A DNA stretch of 64,000 bases from Escherichia phage teqdroes. Position 1 is the first letter of the stretch, and every line of letters begins with the position of its first letter. The translations under genes and the position numbers were made by a program. The notes below the pieces were generated by a model that had not been told where the DNA came from, ran no database searches, and worked only from the letters and a program-made list of their open reading frames with translations. The stretch is taken from the sequence record NC_054932.1; one strand, given 5' to 3'. This document shows positions 8,754-18,203 of this stretch, one piece after another.

Positions 8754-8914
8754 ACAAGAACATGACGTTAGAAGAGGCTAAAGCTAAAGCAAATGAAGCA
8801 CTGGATTTGCTTCTTAAAATCGGTAGTAAAATGATGGAAGAAAATGAGAAATATATCCAGGAAAACAAAATTCCCGATGATCCATTAGTAGGCAAAAGGA
8901 AATCACATGATTGA
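8750..8914 (+). CDS. small ORF (54 aa)
   Basis: ATGA overlap with the previous stop; not in the ORF track. Confidence 0.35.
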   Translation: MNKNMTLEEAKAKANEALDLLLKIGSKMMEENEKYIQENKIPDDPLVGKRKSHD

Positions 8915-9377
8915 AGTAGCAAAACATTATTCAATAGAATTTATGTCTAAAGAAGGTAAATCAGTAAATACACTTGATAAAAAATGCTCGTTAATTATTC
9001 CTTTAGCAGAAAATCCGGATTTTTTAATTAAAGATATAAAAGAAAGAAAATATCCAGAAAATGTTATTCTAATTATAAAGCATACTGAAGATATTTTGCA
9101 GAATACAGATTCACCATTTTCTTCTTCTGAAGCTTTAACTATTAAAGGCTATAAAAGAGCTCATGAATATGGTCTTTTTGACTTGTTTGAAGATGATAAA
9201 GTTAAATTAGTGAGTCAGCCTTCTAAAAGTAAAACATTCATTATTGAAGATATTAAAGACATAAATGCATTTGTTAAGATGGTCTGGGCTCATTTTGATG
9301 TTGGACTACGCTGGAGAATGTCCGAAGAAGAAAGAAAGATCATTGAAACTAATCGTCAATTTGGTTTTTATCGCTAG
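8907..9377 (+). CDS. hypothetical protein (156 aa)
   Basis: ORF with ATGA overlap to the upstream ORF. Confidence 0.5.
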   Translation: MIEVAKHYSIEFMSKEGKSVNTLDKKCSLIIPLAENPDFLIKDIKERKYPENVILIIKHTEDILQNTDSPFSSSEALTIKGYKRAHEYGLFDLFEDDKVKLVSQPSKSKTFIIEDIKDINAFVKMVWAHFDVGLRWRMSEEERKIIETNRQFGFYR

Positions 9378-9385
9378 GAATTAGT

Positions 9386-9568
9386 ATGGATTTATTTGAG
9401 ATGTTAGAAGATAATCATTCTACGAATATCCAGAATGATTCTAGTGATTATAAGAAAGAATACCGTATAGTATTACAGAATTATGGAATTGAAGCCCCAG
9501 ATGCTCTTCTAGAAGAACTGGCTTCATACCATCTTGACCCTCCGCCTTGGGCTCCCTGGGCAAAATAA
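9386..9568 (+). CDS. hypothetical protein (60 aa)
   Basis: ORF; C-terminus DPPPWAPWAK. Confidence 0.4.
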   Translation: MDLFEMLEDNHSTNIQNDSSDYKKEYRIVLQNYGIEAPDALLEELASYHLDPPPWAPWAK

Positions 9569-9579
9569 TTTAAAAAGTT

Positions 9580-9610
9580 GTTTACTTTCCTTTCTAACGA
9601 TGATATGATA
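9580..9610 (+). promoter_or_regulatory. early promoter
   Basis: GTTTAC at 9580-9585, TATGAT -10. Confidence 0.5.
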
Positions 9611-9635
9611 GCTTCTGAAGTATACGGAGGCTATC

Positions 9636-10259
9636 ATGATTATTAATCCAGCAGATGTTGAACAGTTATCTATAAAAGCTGAAAGTGTTGATTTTCAATA
9701 TGATATGTATAAAAAGGTCTGTGAAAAATTTACTGACTTTGAGCAGTCAATTCTTTGGCAATGTATGGAAGCTAAAAAGAATGAAGCTCTTCATCGGCAG
9801 TTGAATAAAATCGTTAAAAAGCATTTAACTAAATCGCCTTATCAGTTATATCGTGGTATATCAAAATCAACAAAAGAACTCATTAAAGATTTACAAGTTG
9901 GAGAAGTGTTTTCAACGAACAGGGTAGATTCATTTACTACTAGTTTGCATACAGCATGCTCTTTTTCTTATGCTGAATATTTCACTGAAATAATATTTCG
10001 CTTAAAAACTGATAAAGCTTTTAATTATTCTGACCATATCAGCGATATTATACTTTCTTCTCCAAATACTGAGTTCAAGTATACATATGAAGATACTGAT
10101 GGATTAGATTCAGAACGTACTGATAACTTAATGATGATTGTACATGAACAAGAATGGATGATTCCAATTGGAAAGTATAGAATAACTTCTATTTCAAAAG
10201 AAAAATTACACGATTCGTTTGGAACATTTAAAGTTTATGATATTGAGGTAGTTGAATGA
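9636..10259 (+). CDS. modB: ModB ADP-ribosyltransferase
   Basis: 207 aa; R/S-x-S/E-x-E-type motifs (YRG, TTS, EQEWMIP); order modB-modA-srd-dda as in T4. Confidence 0.75.
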   Translation: MIINPADVEQLSIKAESVDFQYDMYKKVCEKFTDFEQSILWQCMEAKKNEALHRQLNKIVKKHLTKSPYQLYRGISKSTKELIKDLQVGEVFSTNRVDSFTTSLHTACSFSYAEYFTEIIFRLKTDKAFNYSDHISDIILSSPNTEFKYTYEDTDGLDSERTDNLMMIVHEQEWMIPIGKYRITSISKEKLHDSFGTFKVYDIEVVE

Positions 10260-10858
10260 AATATTCAGCAATGCAATTAAATGATTTTAAAATCAAATCA
10301 ATGGATGCATCGGTGCGTGCTTCTATTCGTGAAGAATTACTTTCTGAAGGGTTTAATTTATCCGAAATTGAACTTTTAATTCATTGTATTACTAATAAGC
10401 CAGATGACCATACTTGGTTAAATGAAATAATCAAATCTCGTTTGGTTCCAAACGATAAACCTCTTTGGAGAGGTGTTCCAGCTGAGACTAAACAAGTATT
10501 AAATCAAGGAATTGATATTATTACATTTGATAAAGTAGTATCAGCTTCATATGATAAAAATATAGCTCTACATTTTGCTTCTGGTTTAGAATATAACACA
10601 CAAGTTATTTTTGAATTCAAAGCTCCCATGGTATTCAATTTCCAGGAGTATGCTATAAAAGCTCTACGATGTAAAGAATATAATCCAAGCTTTAAATTTC
10701 CGGATAGCCATCGCTATCGTAATATGGAATTAGTTTCAGATGAACAGGAAGTAATGATACCAGCTGGAAGTGTATTTAGAATTGCAGATAGATATGAGTA
10801 TAAAAAGTATTCAACATACACTATCTATACTCTTGATTTTGAAGGATTTAATCTATAA
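10256..10858 (+). CDS. modA: ModA ADP-ribosyltransferase
   Basis: 200 aa; LWRG, SASYD, EQEVMIP motifs; paralog of the preceding ORF. Confidence 0.75.
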   Translation: MKYSAMQLNDFKIKSMDASVRASIREELLSEGFNLSEIELLIHCITNKPDDHTWLNEIIKSRLVPNDKPLWRGVPAETKQVLNQGIDIITFDKVVSASYDKNIALHFASGLEYNTQVIFEFKAPMVFNFQEYAIKALRCKEYNPSFKFPDSHRYRNMELVSDEQEVMIPAGSVFRIADRYEYKKYSTYTIYTLDFEGFNL

Positions 10859-10915
10859 TGGAAGGACTTAGATTCATTATACCACGAAAGTTTTAAAGCA
10901 TTTTTACATAAAGTT

Positions 10916-10945
10916 GTTTACAAGCTAAGGTAAAAATGTTATAGT
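10916..10945 (+). promoter_or_regulatory. early promoter
   Basis: GTTTAC at 10916-10921, TATAGT -10. Confidence 0.5.
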
Positions 10946-10981
10946 ATAAGTAGTTAACCGTCCGTAAGATGTGAGAAAAAT

Positions 10982-11737
10982 ATGAAACTGCATAATATGT
11001 CTAATAATCAAATTCGTAAAATTAAACGTCGTTTAGAGCATACTCAGGCATCTGCAAAAAGACGTTCTAAAGATTTTAACTTAGACTTCAATTACATTAA
11101 GAACATTTTAGATCAGAAAGTTTGTGCTTACTCGGGAGAACCTTTTGATAATCGTATTGAAGGAGAGAAATTATCATTAGAACGTTTTGATAATAACGTT
11201 GGATATATTAAAGGGAATGTTATTGCAGTAAAGAAAAAGTATAATACATTTCGTTCTGATTATACTTTAGAGGAGTTGATTGAAAAGCGTGATTTATTTG
11301 CTTTGCGAATTGGTCGTTCATCTGCGAAAAAAGTTCATAAACTAAATTTAGATGAAAAGAAATGGGCTAAAATCAAAAAGACTTATAATCAAATTAAAGC
11401 TATACAGAAAAAACGTGAAAACCGAATTGAACACGTTTCTCAGCTTTCTAAATCAAAACAGACCTCTGACATTAAGCTAAGAATTATAGCACTTAAAGCT
11501 CGTATTGATGGTTCTCGCATAGCTGAAGGCGCTGAAGTTGTTAAATTGAACGTTCTTCTTAAAGGCTCGGATTGGAAAATTGTGAAAAAGTTGTCAGAAG
11601 CAGAAATGCAATATGATATGTGTGATAAAATTATTCAAGGTGTAGAGCGGTATCAAAACTTGTCTTTTATTGATAAACTTAAACTGAAAAGAGGATATCC
11701 GCTAAATTGTTCAATTTTTAAACTTATCCGAGGATAA
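10982..11737 (+). CDS. srd: Srd-like protein
   Basis: 251-aa basic ORF in the srd position between modA and dda.1. Confidence 0.45.
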   Translation: MKLHNMSNNQIRKIKRRLEHTQASAKRRSKDFNLDFNYIKNILDQKVCAYSGEPFDNRIEGEKLSLERFDNNVGYIKGNVIAVKKKYNTFRSDYTLEELIEKRDLFALRIGRSSAKKVHKLNLDEKKWAKIKKTYNQIKAIQKKRENRIEHVSQLSKSKQTSDIKLRIIALKARIDGSRIAEGAEVVKLNVLLKGSDWKIVKKLSEAEMQYDMCDKIIQGVERYQNLSFIDKLKLKRGYPLNCSIFKLIRG

Positions 11738-11738
11738 T

Positions 11739-12050
11739 ATGGTTTATGTATACGCGATAGTTTACCGAGACAAAGACGGATTTACGGCGCCAGTTCCGCT
11801 TGATGAACATCGTCCTGCTGTATTTTTTGAATGGAAGATTGCTGATAAAGTATTTACCACTCTTAAAGAGCAGTATCAACTAGCTTTAGGTAAGGGAATT
11901 CCAAGATTAGTTGAGACTCCACGTAAATTTTGGTTTAATAAAATAGAAGTTAAACATGTTAAGCCTGACGTAGACACACAAAGATTATATCAGCGAATTT
12001 TAGATACTGGGCGTATTGTTAGTATACCAATTGCAGGGAATTTACGATGA
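11739..12050 (+). CDS. hypothetical protein (dda.1 position)
   Basis: 103-aa ORF immediately upstream of dda, overlapping it by 4 nt. Confidence 0.5.
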   Translation: MVYVYAIVYRDKDGFTAPVPLDEHRPAVFFEWKIADKVFTTLKEQYQLALGKGIPRLVETPRKFWFNKIEVKHVKPDVDTQRLYQRILDTGRIVSIPIAGNLR

Positions 12051-13366
12051 CATTTGATGATTTGACCGAAGGCCAGAAAAATGCCTTTAACATCGTTATG
12101 AAGGCTATTAAAGAAAAGAAACATCATGTAACTATTAATGGACCTGCTGGTACCGGTAAGACTACTCTTACCAAATTCATCATTGAAGCCCTAATATCTA
12201 CGGGTGAAACTGGTATTATTTTAGCAGCTCCTACGCATGCGGCTAAAAAGATTCTTTCAAAACTATCAGGGAAAGAAGCGAGTACTATTCATAGTATTCT
12301 TAAAATTAACCCAGTAACATATGAAGAAAACGTTCTTTTTGAACAGAAGGAAGTACCAGATTTAGCTAAATGCAGGGTATTAATCTGCGACGAAGTGTCA
12401 ATGTATGATAGAAAGCTATTTAAAATTTTGCTTTCAACTATTCCACCTTGGTGTACTATAATTGGAATAGGTGATAATAAGCAAATTAGACCTGTTGACC
12501 CAGGAGAAAATACTGCTTATATCAGTCCATTCTTTACACACAAAGATTTTTATCAGTGTGAACTTACTGAAGTTAAACGCAGTAATGCTCCTATTATTGA
12601 TGTAGCTACTGATGTTCGTAACGGTAAGTGGATTTATGATAAAGTTGTTGACGGGCATGGAGTACGTGGATTTACTGGTGATACCGCTTTACGCGATTTT
12701 ATGGTAAATTATTTTTCAATCGTCAAATCTTTAGATGATTTGTTTGAAAATCGCGTAATGGCATTTACGAATAAATCTGTTGACAAGTTAAATAGCATTA
12801 TTCGTAAAAAGATTTTTGAAACTGATAAAGATTTTATTGTTGGTGAAATTATTGTAATGCAGGAACCATTAATTAAAACATATAAAATTGATGGAAAGCC
12901 TGTGTCAGAAATTATTTTTAATAACGGACAATTAGTTCGTATTATAGAAGCAGAGTATACATCAACGTTTGTTAAAGCTCGTGGTGTTCCTGGAGAATAC
13001 TTAATTCGTCATTGGGATTTAACAGTAGAAACTTACGGCGATGATGAATATTATCGTGAAAAGATTAAAATAATTTCATCTGATGAAGAATTGTATAAGT
13101 TTAACCTATTTTTAGGTAAAACGGCAGAAACTTATAAAAATTGGAACAAAGGCGGAAAAGCTCCATGGAGTGATTTTTGGGATGCTAAATCACAGTTTAG
13201 TAAAGTGAAAGCACTTCCTGCATCAACATTCCATAAAGCTCAGGGTATGTCTGTAGACCGTGCTTTCATTTATACGCCTTGTATTCATTATGCAGATGCT
13301 GAATTGGCCCAACAACTTCTTTATGTTGGTGTTACCCGTGGTCGTTATGATGTGTTTTATGTGTGA
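12047..13366 (+). CDS. dda: Dda DNA helicase (SF1B)
   Basis: 439 aa; Walker A GPAGTGKTT; matches T4 Dda. Confidence 0.95.
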   Translation: MTFDDLTEGQKNAFNIVMKAIKEKKHHVTINGPAGTGKTTLTKFIIEALISTGETGIILAAPTHAAKKILSKLSGKEASTIHSILKINPVTYEENVLFEQKEVPDLAKCRVLICDEVSMYDRKLFKILLSTIPPWCTIIGIGDNKQIRPVDPGENTAYISPFFTHKDFYQCELTEVKRSNAPIIDVATDVRNGKWIYDKVVDGHGVRGFTGDTALRDFMVNYFSIVKSLDDLFENRVMAFTNKSVDKLNSIIRKKIFETDKDFIVGEIIVMQEPLIKTYKIDGKPVSEIIFNNGQLVRIIEAEYTSTFVKARGVPGEYLIRHWDLTVETYGDDEYYREKIKIISSDEELYKFNLFLGKTAETYKNWNKGGKAPWSDFWDAKSQFSKVKALPASTFHKAQGMSVDRAFIYTPCIHYADAELAQQLLYVGVTRGRYDVFYV

Positions 13367-13372
13367 GGCTAT

Positions 13373-13633
13373 ATGATTAACATCAATTCAAAATATTTAA
13401 ATCGTCTAATAGATGGTATAAGGAAGCATACTAATAAGCAAGATAATCTTAATGTTATGGTAACAGGAGCTGAGCTCCTTCATAAGCTTTATCTTATAAG
13501 TGATACTATATTAGCAATTAAACGAATTGAAAAACAATCATATCACAGTAATACAGATACGGTAATTACACTAGATGAAAGTGTCTGTAAATTACTAATT
13601 AAATTTGAGGAAGCTATTCGTGGAAATAACTAA
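13373..13633 (+). CDS. hypothetical protein (86 aa)
   Basis: First of three tandem, similar-sized small ORFs. Confidence 0.5.
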   Translation: MININSKYLNRLIDGIRKHTNKQDNLNVMVTGAELLHKLYLISDTILAIKRIEKQSYHSNTDTVITLDESVCKLLIKFEEAIRGNN

Positions 13634-13865
13634 AGATCAGTTTTATCTTCTTCAGGATAAAGTTAGCGAAATTTATGAAATTGCTCATGGTAAAAATCGT
13701 GAAACTGTAAAAATTGAATCTAGTAAGTTGATGCTTCAATTAGAAGAAATTGAACGAGATTTAATTGCGTTAGAATTCTTTTGTGGTGAAGTGAAAACTG
13801 TTACGATCAATGATTACGTTTTAGGCGAAATTAGCTATCTTTATGAGGCGATTATTAATGATTGA
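13620..13865 (+). CDS. hypothetical protein, tandem paralog
   Basis: GTG start with GAGGA SD; shares the …LEEIE/QRD/KDI…DY-x-LG/VG-E/Q-I pattern with the next ORF. Confidence 0.45.
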   Translation: MEITKDQFYLLQDKVSEIYEIAHGKNRETVKIESSKLMLQLEEIERDLIALEFFCGEVKTVTINDYVLGEISYLYEAIIND

Positions 13866-14100
13866 GTTGAGTTGGTACCAATTTAAATCTCTTATGACAA
13901 ATGTTAAAGCTGTCATTGAAGAAAATCAGGGTCCTGAAAATATTACTATTCGCGAAAAAGCTTTAAAGATAGTATACAGTCTTGAAGAAATACAAAAAGA
14001 CATTGAATCTATGGCAAAATTTATTGATGAGCCTATCAATAAAGTTTATATTCAAGACTATACTGTAGGTCAAATTCGTGATTTAGCGAGGAAAATTTAA
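13858..14100 (+). CDS. hypothetical protein, tandem paralog
   Basis: ATGATTGA overlap with the previous ORF; similar to the preceding ORF. Confidence 0.45.
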   Translation: MIELSWYQFKSLMTNVKAVIEENQGPENITIREKALKIVYSLEEIQKDIESMAKFIDEPINKVYIQDYTVGQIRDLARKI

Positions 14101-14783
14101 TGTTTGATTTTATTATAGATTTTGAAACAATGGGAAGCGGTGAAAAAGCAGCTGTTATTGATTTGGCTGTAATTGCTTTTGACCCTAACCCAGAAGTAGT
14201 TGAAACATTTGATGAATTAGTTTCACGTGGCATTAAAATCAAATTTGATTTAAAAAGCCAAAAAGGACATCGTCTTTTTACTAAAAGCACTATCGAATGG
14301 TGGAAAAATCAGTCTCCTGAAGCTCGAAAAAATATTGCACCATCCGATGAAGATGTAAGCACTATCGATGGTATTGCAAAATTTAATGATTACATCAATG
14401 CACATAATATCGATCCTTGGAAATCTCAAGGTTGGTGCCGTGGAATGTCGTTTGATTTTCCAATTTTAGTCGATCTCATTCGCGATATTCAACGTCTTAA
14501 CGGCGTTTCCGAGAATGAGCTTGATACGTTTAAGTTAGAACCTTGTAAATTCTGGAATCAGCGTGATATTCGTACCAGAATTGAAGCACTTCTGCTTGTT
14601 CGTGATATGACCACATGTCCTCTTCCAAAGGGAACTTTAGATGGATTCGTTGCACATGATTCTATTCATGACTGTGCGAAAGACATCCTGATGATGAAGT
14701 ATGCTTTGCGCTATGCTATGGGTCTTGAAGATGCTCCGTCAGAGGAAGAGTGCGATCCTCTATCTCTTCCAACAAAACGATAA
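14100..14783 (+). CDS. dexA: DexA exonuclease A (DEDD family)
   Basis: 227 aa, MFDFIIDFETMGSGEKAAVIDLAVIAF…; matches T4 DexA. Confidence 0.9.
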   Translation: MFDFIIDFETMGSGEKAAVIDLAVIAFDPNPEVVETFDELVSRGIKIKFDLKSQKGHRLFTKSTIEWWKNQSPEARKNIAPSDEDVSTIDGIAKFNDYINAHNIDPWKSQGWCRGMSFDFPILVDLIRDIQRLNGVSENELDTFKLEPCKFWNQRDIRTRIEALLLVRDMTTCPLPKGTLDGFVAHDSIHDCAKDILMMKYALRYAMGLEDAPSEEECDPLSLPTKR

Positions 14784-14789
14784 AAAGTT

Positions 14790-14820
14790 GTTTACTTCCT
14801 CGGTTAGTTGTGGTATTATA
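14790..14820 (+). promoter_or_regulatory. early promoter
   Basis: GTTTAC at 14790-14795, TATTAT -10. Confidence 0.5.
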
Positions 14821-14846
14821 ACACCATAGCTACTGAGGATAATAAA

Positions 14847-15350
14847 ATGAAAATTTATCGTGTTGAATCATCATTTAGTATTCTTAATTATGAAGATGCT
14901 ATAACAATACGTCGAGATCTTTGTGTTCAAATAACGCCGTACAGGAGTATAATGGATTCATGGAGCGAAGAGTGGTTATTACACGTAGGTTATGACAGAC
15001 CTAATTTTATGCATCATAGTAATGATAATAAAAGAATTCCTCTTCCGCACGAAGACAAACTATTAGTTAAAAATGCTAATATAGCAATTAATACTAATTT
15101 TGAGAAAGAAGAATATGTAGGCGTAGATCACTATATTCCAGGATGGTTTATAGCTCTTTATCATTTTGCTTTTGCTAGTGAATATGATATGATGAGATGG
15201 TTCACACGAGAAGAGCGTGAAGAATTAGCTTCTAAAGGATTTTATCTCGCTGTATACGAAGTACCTGAAGATAAAGTTATCATTGGTGGGCATCAAGTAA
15301 TGTTCCGCAAGTCACATGCCGAATTAAAAGGCTTTATTACCTTAGATTAA
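14847..15350 (+). CDS. motB: MotB-like early protein
   Basis: 167 aa from ATG 14847 with GAGGA SD; position downstream of dexA as in T4. Confidence 0.4.
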   Translation: MKIYRVESSFSILNYEDAITIRRDLCVQITPYRSIMDSWSEEWLLHVGYDRPNFMHHSNDNKRIPLPHEDKLLVKNANIAINTNFEKEEYVGVDHYIPGWFIALYHFAFASEYDMMRWFTREEREELASKGFYLAVYEVPEDKVIIGGHQVMFRKSHAELKGFITLD

Positions 15351-15360
15351 AGAGAAAATT

Positions 15361-15798
15361 ATGATTAAAAATAATGCTGTTTATCAATTGAAAAAATTTG
15401 ATGAAATTAAGAATTTTTCGGTACTGTCTAATACAGCTCATAATAAGTTTTGTGAACTTCTTGGTTTAACTGGCGGATATCCTTTTACTGTTATTAGTGT
15501 TAATAGCGGAATTCTTATCGGTATGATGTATATTGAAATTAGAAACTATTATGGAATGGTATCACCGCTTATTATTTATGAAAAAGATTTTAGTCTATTG
15601 ACAGAAATTGAAAAACCTGAAGATCCAACTGATCTACTGTGTAAGGCAGTTTATATTCGTCGTCCATTCGCGAATCCTGTGGGTGGATGGGTGACTGATC
15701 AGTGGATTGAAGATGGTGTTGAACTTCTGAACGTAGTTCATGCTGGAGAGTACTCTGTAGTTCCTCGCAGCGCAGTGATTAATGTTCGTGTAAGCTAG
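15361..15798 (+). CDS. hypothetical protein (145 aa)
   Basis: C-terminal TDQWIEDGVELLNVV motif shared with the next ORF. Confidence 0.5.
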   Translation: MIKNNAVYQLKKFDEIKNFSVLSNTAHNKFCELLGLTGGYPFTVISVNSGILIGMMYIEIRNYYGMVSPLIIYEKDFSLLTEIEKPEDPTDLLCKAVYIRRPFANPVGGWVTDQWIEDGVELLNVVHAGEYSVVPRSAVINVRVS

Positions 15799-15827
15799 TT
15801 TACAAACTCTTGGGACCAGAGTATAAT
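15798..15827 (+). promoter_or_regulatory. early promoter with -10 inside an inverted repeat
   Basis: GTTTAC at 15798-15803, TATAAT at 15822-15827, flanked by GGGACCA/TGGTCCC. Confidence 0.55.
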
Positions 15828-15871
15828 GGTCCCGTGGAGTATAAAATCTTTTTAACAAGTGAGAGATAACT

Positions 15872-16363
15872 ATGATTATTAATATTGGTGAATTAGCTCG
15901 TGTATCTGATAAATCCCGCTCTAAAGCGGCAGGAAAATTGGTCGAAGTTGTAAGCATTCAGCTTAAACACGGTGTTAAAGATGAAGATTCTGAAGTAAAA
16001 GTGCGTATCATTCCTAAAGATGGAAAGTCTAAACCTCAGTTTGGCTATGTTCGTGCGAAATTTCTTGAATCTGCGTTTTTGAAAGCTGTTCCTGCTAAAG
16101 GAATTGAAACGATTGATACTTCGCATGTAGGTGTAGACTTTAAGTGGAAACTCGGTCAGGCTATTAAGTTCGTTGCTCCTTATGAGTTTGAATTTACTGA
16201 AGGTGAGGAAGGTGTTGTTAACCGTACTCGCGCTATGTGTGCATACATTACTGATCAATGGGTAGAAGATGGCGTTAAGTTATACAACGCGGTATTTTTA
16301 GGAACATACAAAGTCATTCCTGAAAGTTGGATTAAACACTATAGCAAAGCTCGCTATGCATAA
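15872..16363 (+). CDS. hypothetical protein (163 aa), paralog of the 15361 ORF
   Basis: C-terminal TDQWVEDGVKLYNAV motif. Confidence 0.5.
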   Translation: MIINIGELARVSDKSRSKAAGKLVEVVSIQLKHGVKDEDSEVKVRIIPKDGKSKPQFGYVRAKFLESAFLKAVPAKGIETIDTSHVGVDFKWKLGQAIKFVAPYEFEFTEGEEGVVNRTRAMCAYITDQWVEDGVKLYNAVFLGTYKVIPESWIKHYSKARYA

Positions 16364-16460
16364 AGTTTAAAATTTTTTCATAAAACTATATACATCAGTA
16401 GTTGATTATGGTACTATATCAATATCAACTACTGATACAGAAAACAACTTGGAGAATAAA

Positions 16461-16730
16461 ATGGAAAATTTAATTATCATCGAGCAATCTTTCAATGATT
16501 ATGGTATGGCTTACGGTTATCGTGCGATAATGGAAGATTCTCGTGGATGTGTTATCGATATTGCTGAATGTAAAGATTTACTGCAGCTTTTGAAGATTGT
16601 TCGCAAAAATTGGGATTGTGAAAACATTAAAGCTCGTGTTGTAACGGAAGAAGAAACTGTTTTTCATGATGTAAAATTTGCCAAAGGTGCTGCTACTCTT
16701 CTGAAACGCATCGCTCCACTGTTCAATTAA
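16461..16730 (+). CDS. hypothetical protein (89 aa)
   Basis: ATG with GGAGA SD; the ORF-track start at 16449 is a short extension. Confidence 0.45.
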   Translation: MENLIIIEQSFNDYGMAYGYRAIMEDSRGCVIDIAECKDLLQLLKIVRKNWDCENIKARVVTEEETVFHDVKFAKGAATLLKRIAPLFN

Positions 16731-16743
16731 TGAGGAAATTGTA

Positions 16744-16959
16744 ATGAAACGTAAAATTGTTCAGAACTGCACTAATGACGAATTTGAAGATGTATTATTC
16801 GATCCAAATTTGGTAGTAGTTCAAAAGGAACACACCATCAAGTTTACTCACTTGACTTCGGTTTATGTGTATGAAAAGGTTGGTGATAAACAACCGATTT
16901 ACGGTGTATTCCGTGAAATCACTGAAGACGGTACAACTTACTGGAAGGAAATTTATTAA
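16744..16959 (+). CDS. hypothetical protein (71 aa; cef position)
   Basis: ORF with GAGGAAA SD. Confidence 0.4.
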   Translation: MKRKIVQNCTNDEFEDVLFDPNLVVVQKEHTIKFTHLTSVYVYEKVGDKQPIYGVFREITEDGTTYWKEIY

Positions 16960-17384
16960 TGGCTATTAGATTTGAAGTTAATAAATGGTATCAATTTAAA
17001 AATAAACAAGCTCAAGAAGCTTTTATTAAAGACCATACTGAAAACGGAATTTATGCACGACGTTTAGGTATGGAACCTTTTAAAGTTATAGATATTGACT
17101 ATCTTGGTCGTCCAACTAAAATTATGTCATCTACTGGAAGATTGGCATTATCCTCCGGTAAAGATATTTTGGATGAAGATTTTATTTGGCTTTCTACTAG
17201 CGAAGCTGAATTCTTTGATGAAGTTGAAAATCCATACCAGGCAGCTGAAGAGCAAGAGCAGGAAGAGAAAGAGCAAGAACAAATAGAAGATTTCACAGAA
17301 TTCCCGGTCATGAAAGTTACTATTGAAAATAATGAACATGCATGGTCCTTGTATCAGATGTTGAAAGCACATTTTAAGGAATAA
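16959..17384 (+). CDS. goF: GoF/ComC-alpha-like protein
   Basis: 141 aa with an acidic [12 protein letters not shown] stretch; size and position as T4 goF. Confidence 0.45.
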   Translation: MAIRFEVNKWYQFKNKQAQEAFIKDHTENGIYARRLGMEPFKVIDIDYLGRPTKIMSSTGRLALSSGKDILDEDFIWLSTSEAEFFDEVENPYQAAEEQEQEEKEQEQIEDFTEFPVMKVTIENNEHAWSLYQMLKAHFKE

Positions 17385-17386
17385 TT

Positions 17387-17563
17387 ATGCCAATGTATGA
17401 TTATAAATGCCAATCCGAAGATTGCGGGCATGAATATGAAAAAATTAAAAAGATTTCTGAACGAGAAAATGATGTTTGCCCTAAATGTCATCGTTTGTCT
17501 ACTCGTCGGCCTTCTGCTCCTAAGCATGTGAATGGTGGTTTTTACGACTTACTTAAAGGGTAA
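17387..17563 (+). CDS. zinc-ribbon protein (58 aa)
   Basis: Cys pairs CQSEDC … CPKC; not in the ORF track. Confidence 0.5.
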   Translation: MPMYDYKCQSEDCGHEYEKIKKISERENDVCPKCHRLSTRRPSAPKHVNGGFYDLLKG

Positions 17564-17565
17564 TT

Positions 17566-17937
17566 ATGTTTAAAATCGGTAAGAAATATTGCATTCGTGA
17601 AGGTGAAGAACAGAAATATCTACTTTCTGCTAGTAATAGGAATAGTTCTATTAATGTTGTAATATTGACTAGTGAATTTATCGTTGAAGATATGAAAGGT
17701 CATAATGTTATAATGATTAGTACAGCATCTGGAAATGATGGAAAAATTCTTCATAGTTGTCAGAGTAATGTTCTAATTTATGATGAAGAATTTGACTTCT
17801 TCGAAGAAGTCACAGAAGATTTTGATTTTGAATGCACTATTACTATGAAATCTGGCGACCCTCTTTCTTTTACAGTTAAAGATGAAAGAAGCCGTTTAAG
17901 AATTATTAGTCTCCTTCAAGCCATTAAATTTAAGTGA
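17566..17937 (+). CDS. hypothetical protein (123 aa)
   Basis: ORF tightly packed in the operon. Confidence 0.5.
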   Translation: MFKIGKKYCIREGEEQKYLLSASNRNSSINVVILTSEFIVEDMKGHNVIMISTASGNDGKILHSCQSNVLIYDEEFDFFEEVTEDFDFECTITMKSGDPLSFTVKDERSRLRIISLLQAIKFK

Positions 17938-18203
17938 AAATTATGAAATATGTTAATCGTTCTATCGCAGCATTAGTATTAGCAGTATCTTTAGTAGGAT
18001 GCACTGATGCTGATAATGCAACTAAAATTTTATCATCAAGTGGTTTTACGAATATTGAAATCACTGGATATAACTGGTTCGGTTGCTCTGAAAATGATTT
18101 CCAACATACTGGATTTCGTGCTGTTGGACCTACTGGGCAGAAAGTAGAAGGAACAGTATGTTCTGGGCTGTTCTTTAAGGATTCAACTATTCGTTTTAAA
18201 TAA
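17934..18203 (+). CDS. putative lipoprotein (89 aa)
   Basis: Signal peptide with lipobox LVGC; ATGA overlap with the upstream ORF. Confidence 0.5.
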   Translation: MKIMKYVNRSIAALVLAVSLVGCTDADNATKILSSSGFTNIEITGYNWFGCSENDFQHTGFRAVGPTGQKVEGTVCSGLFFKDSTIRFK

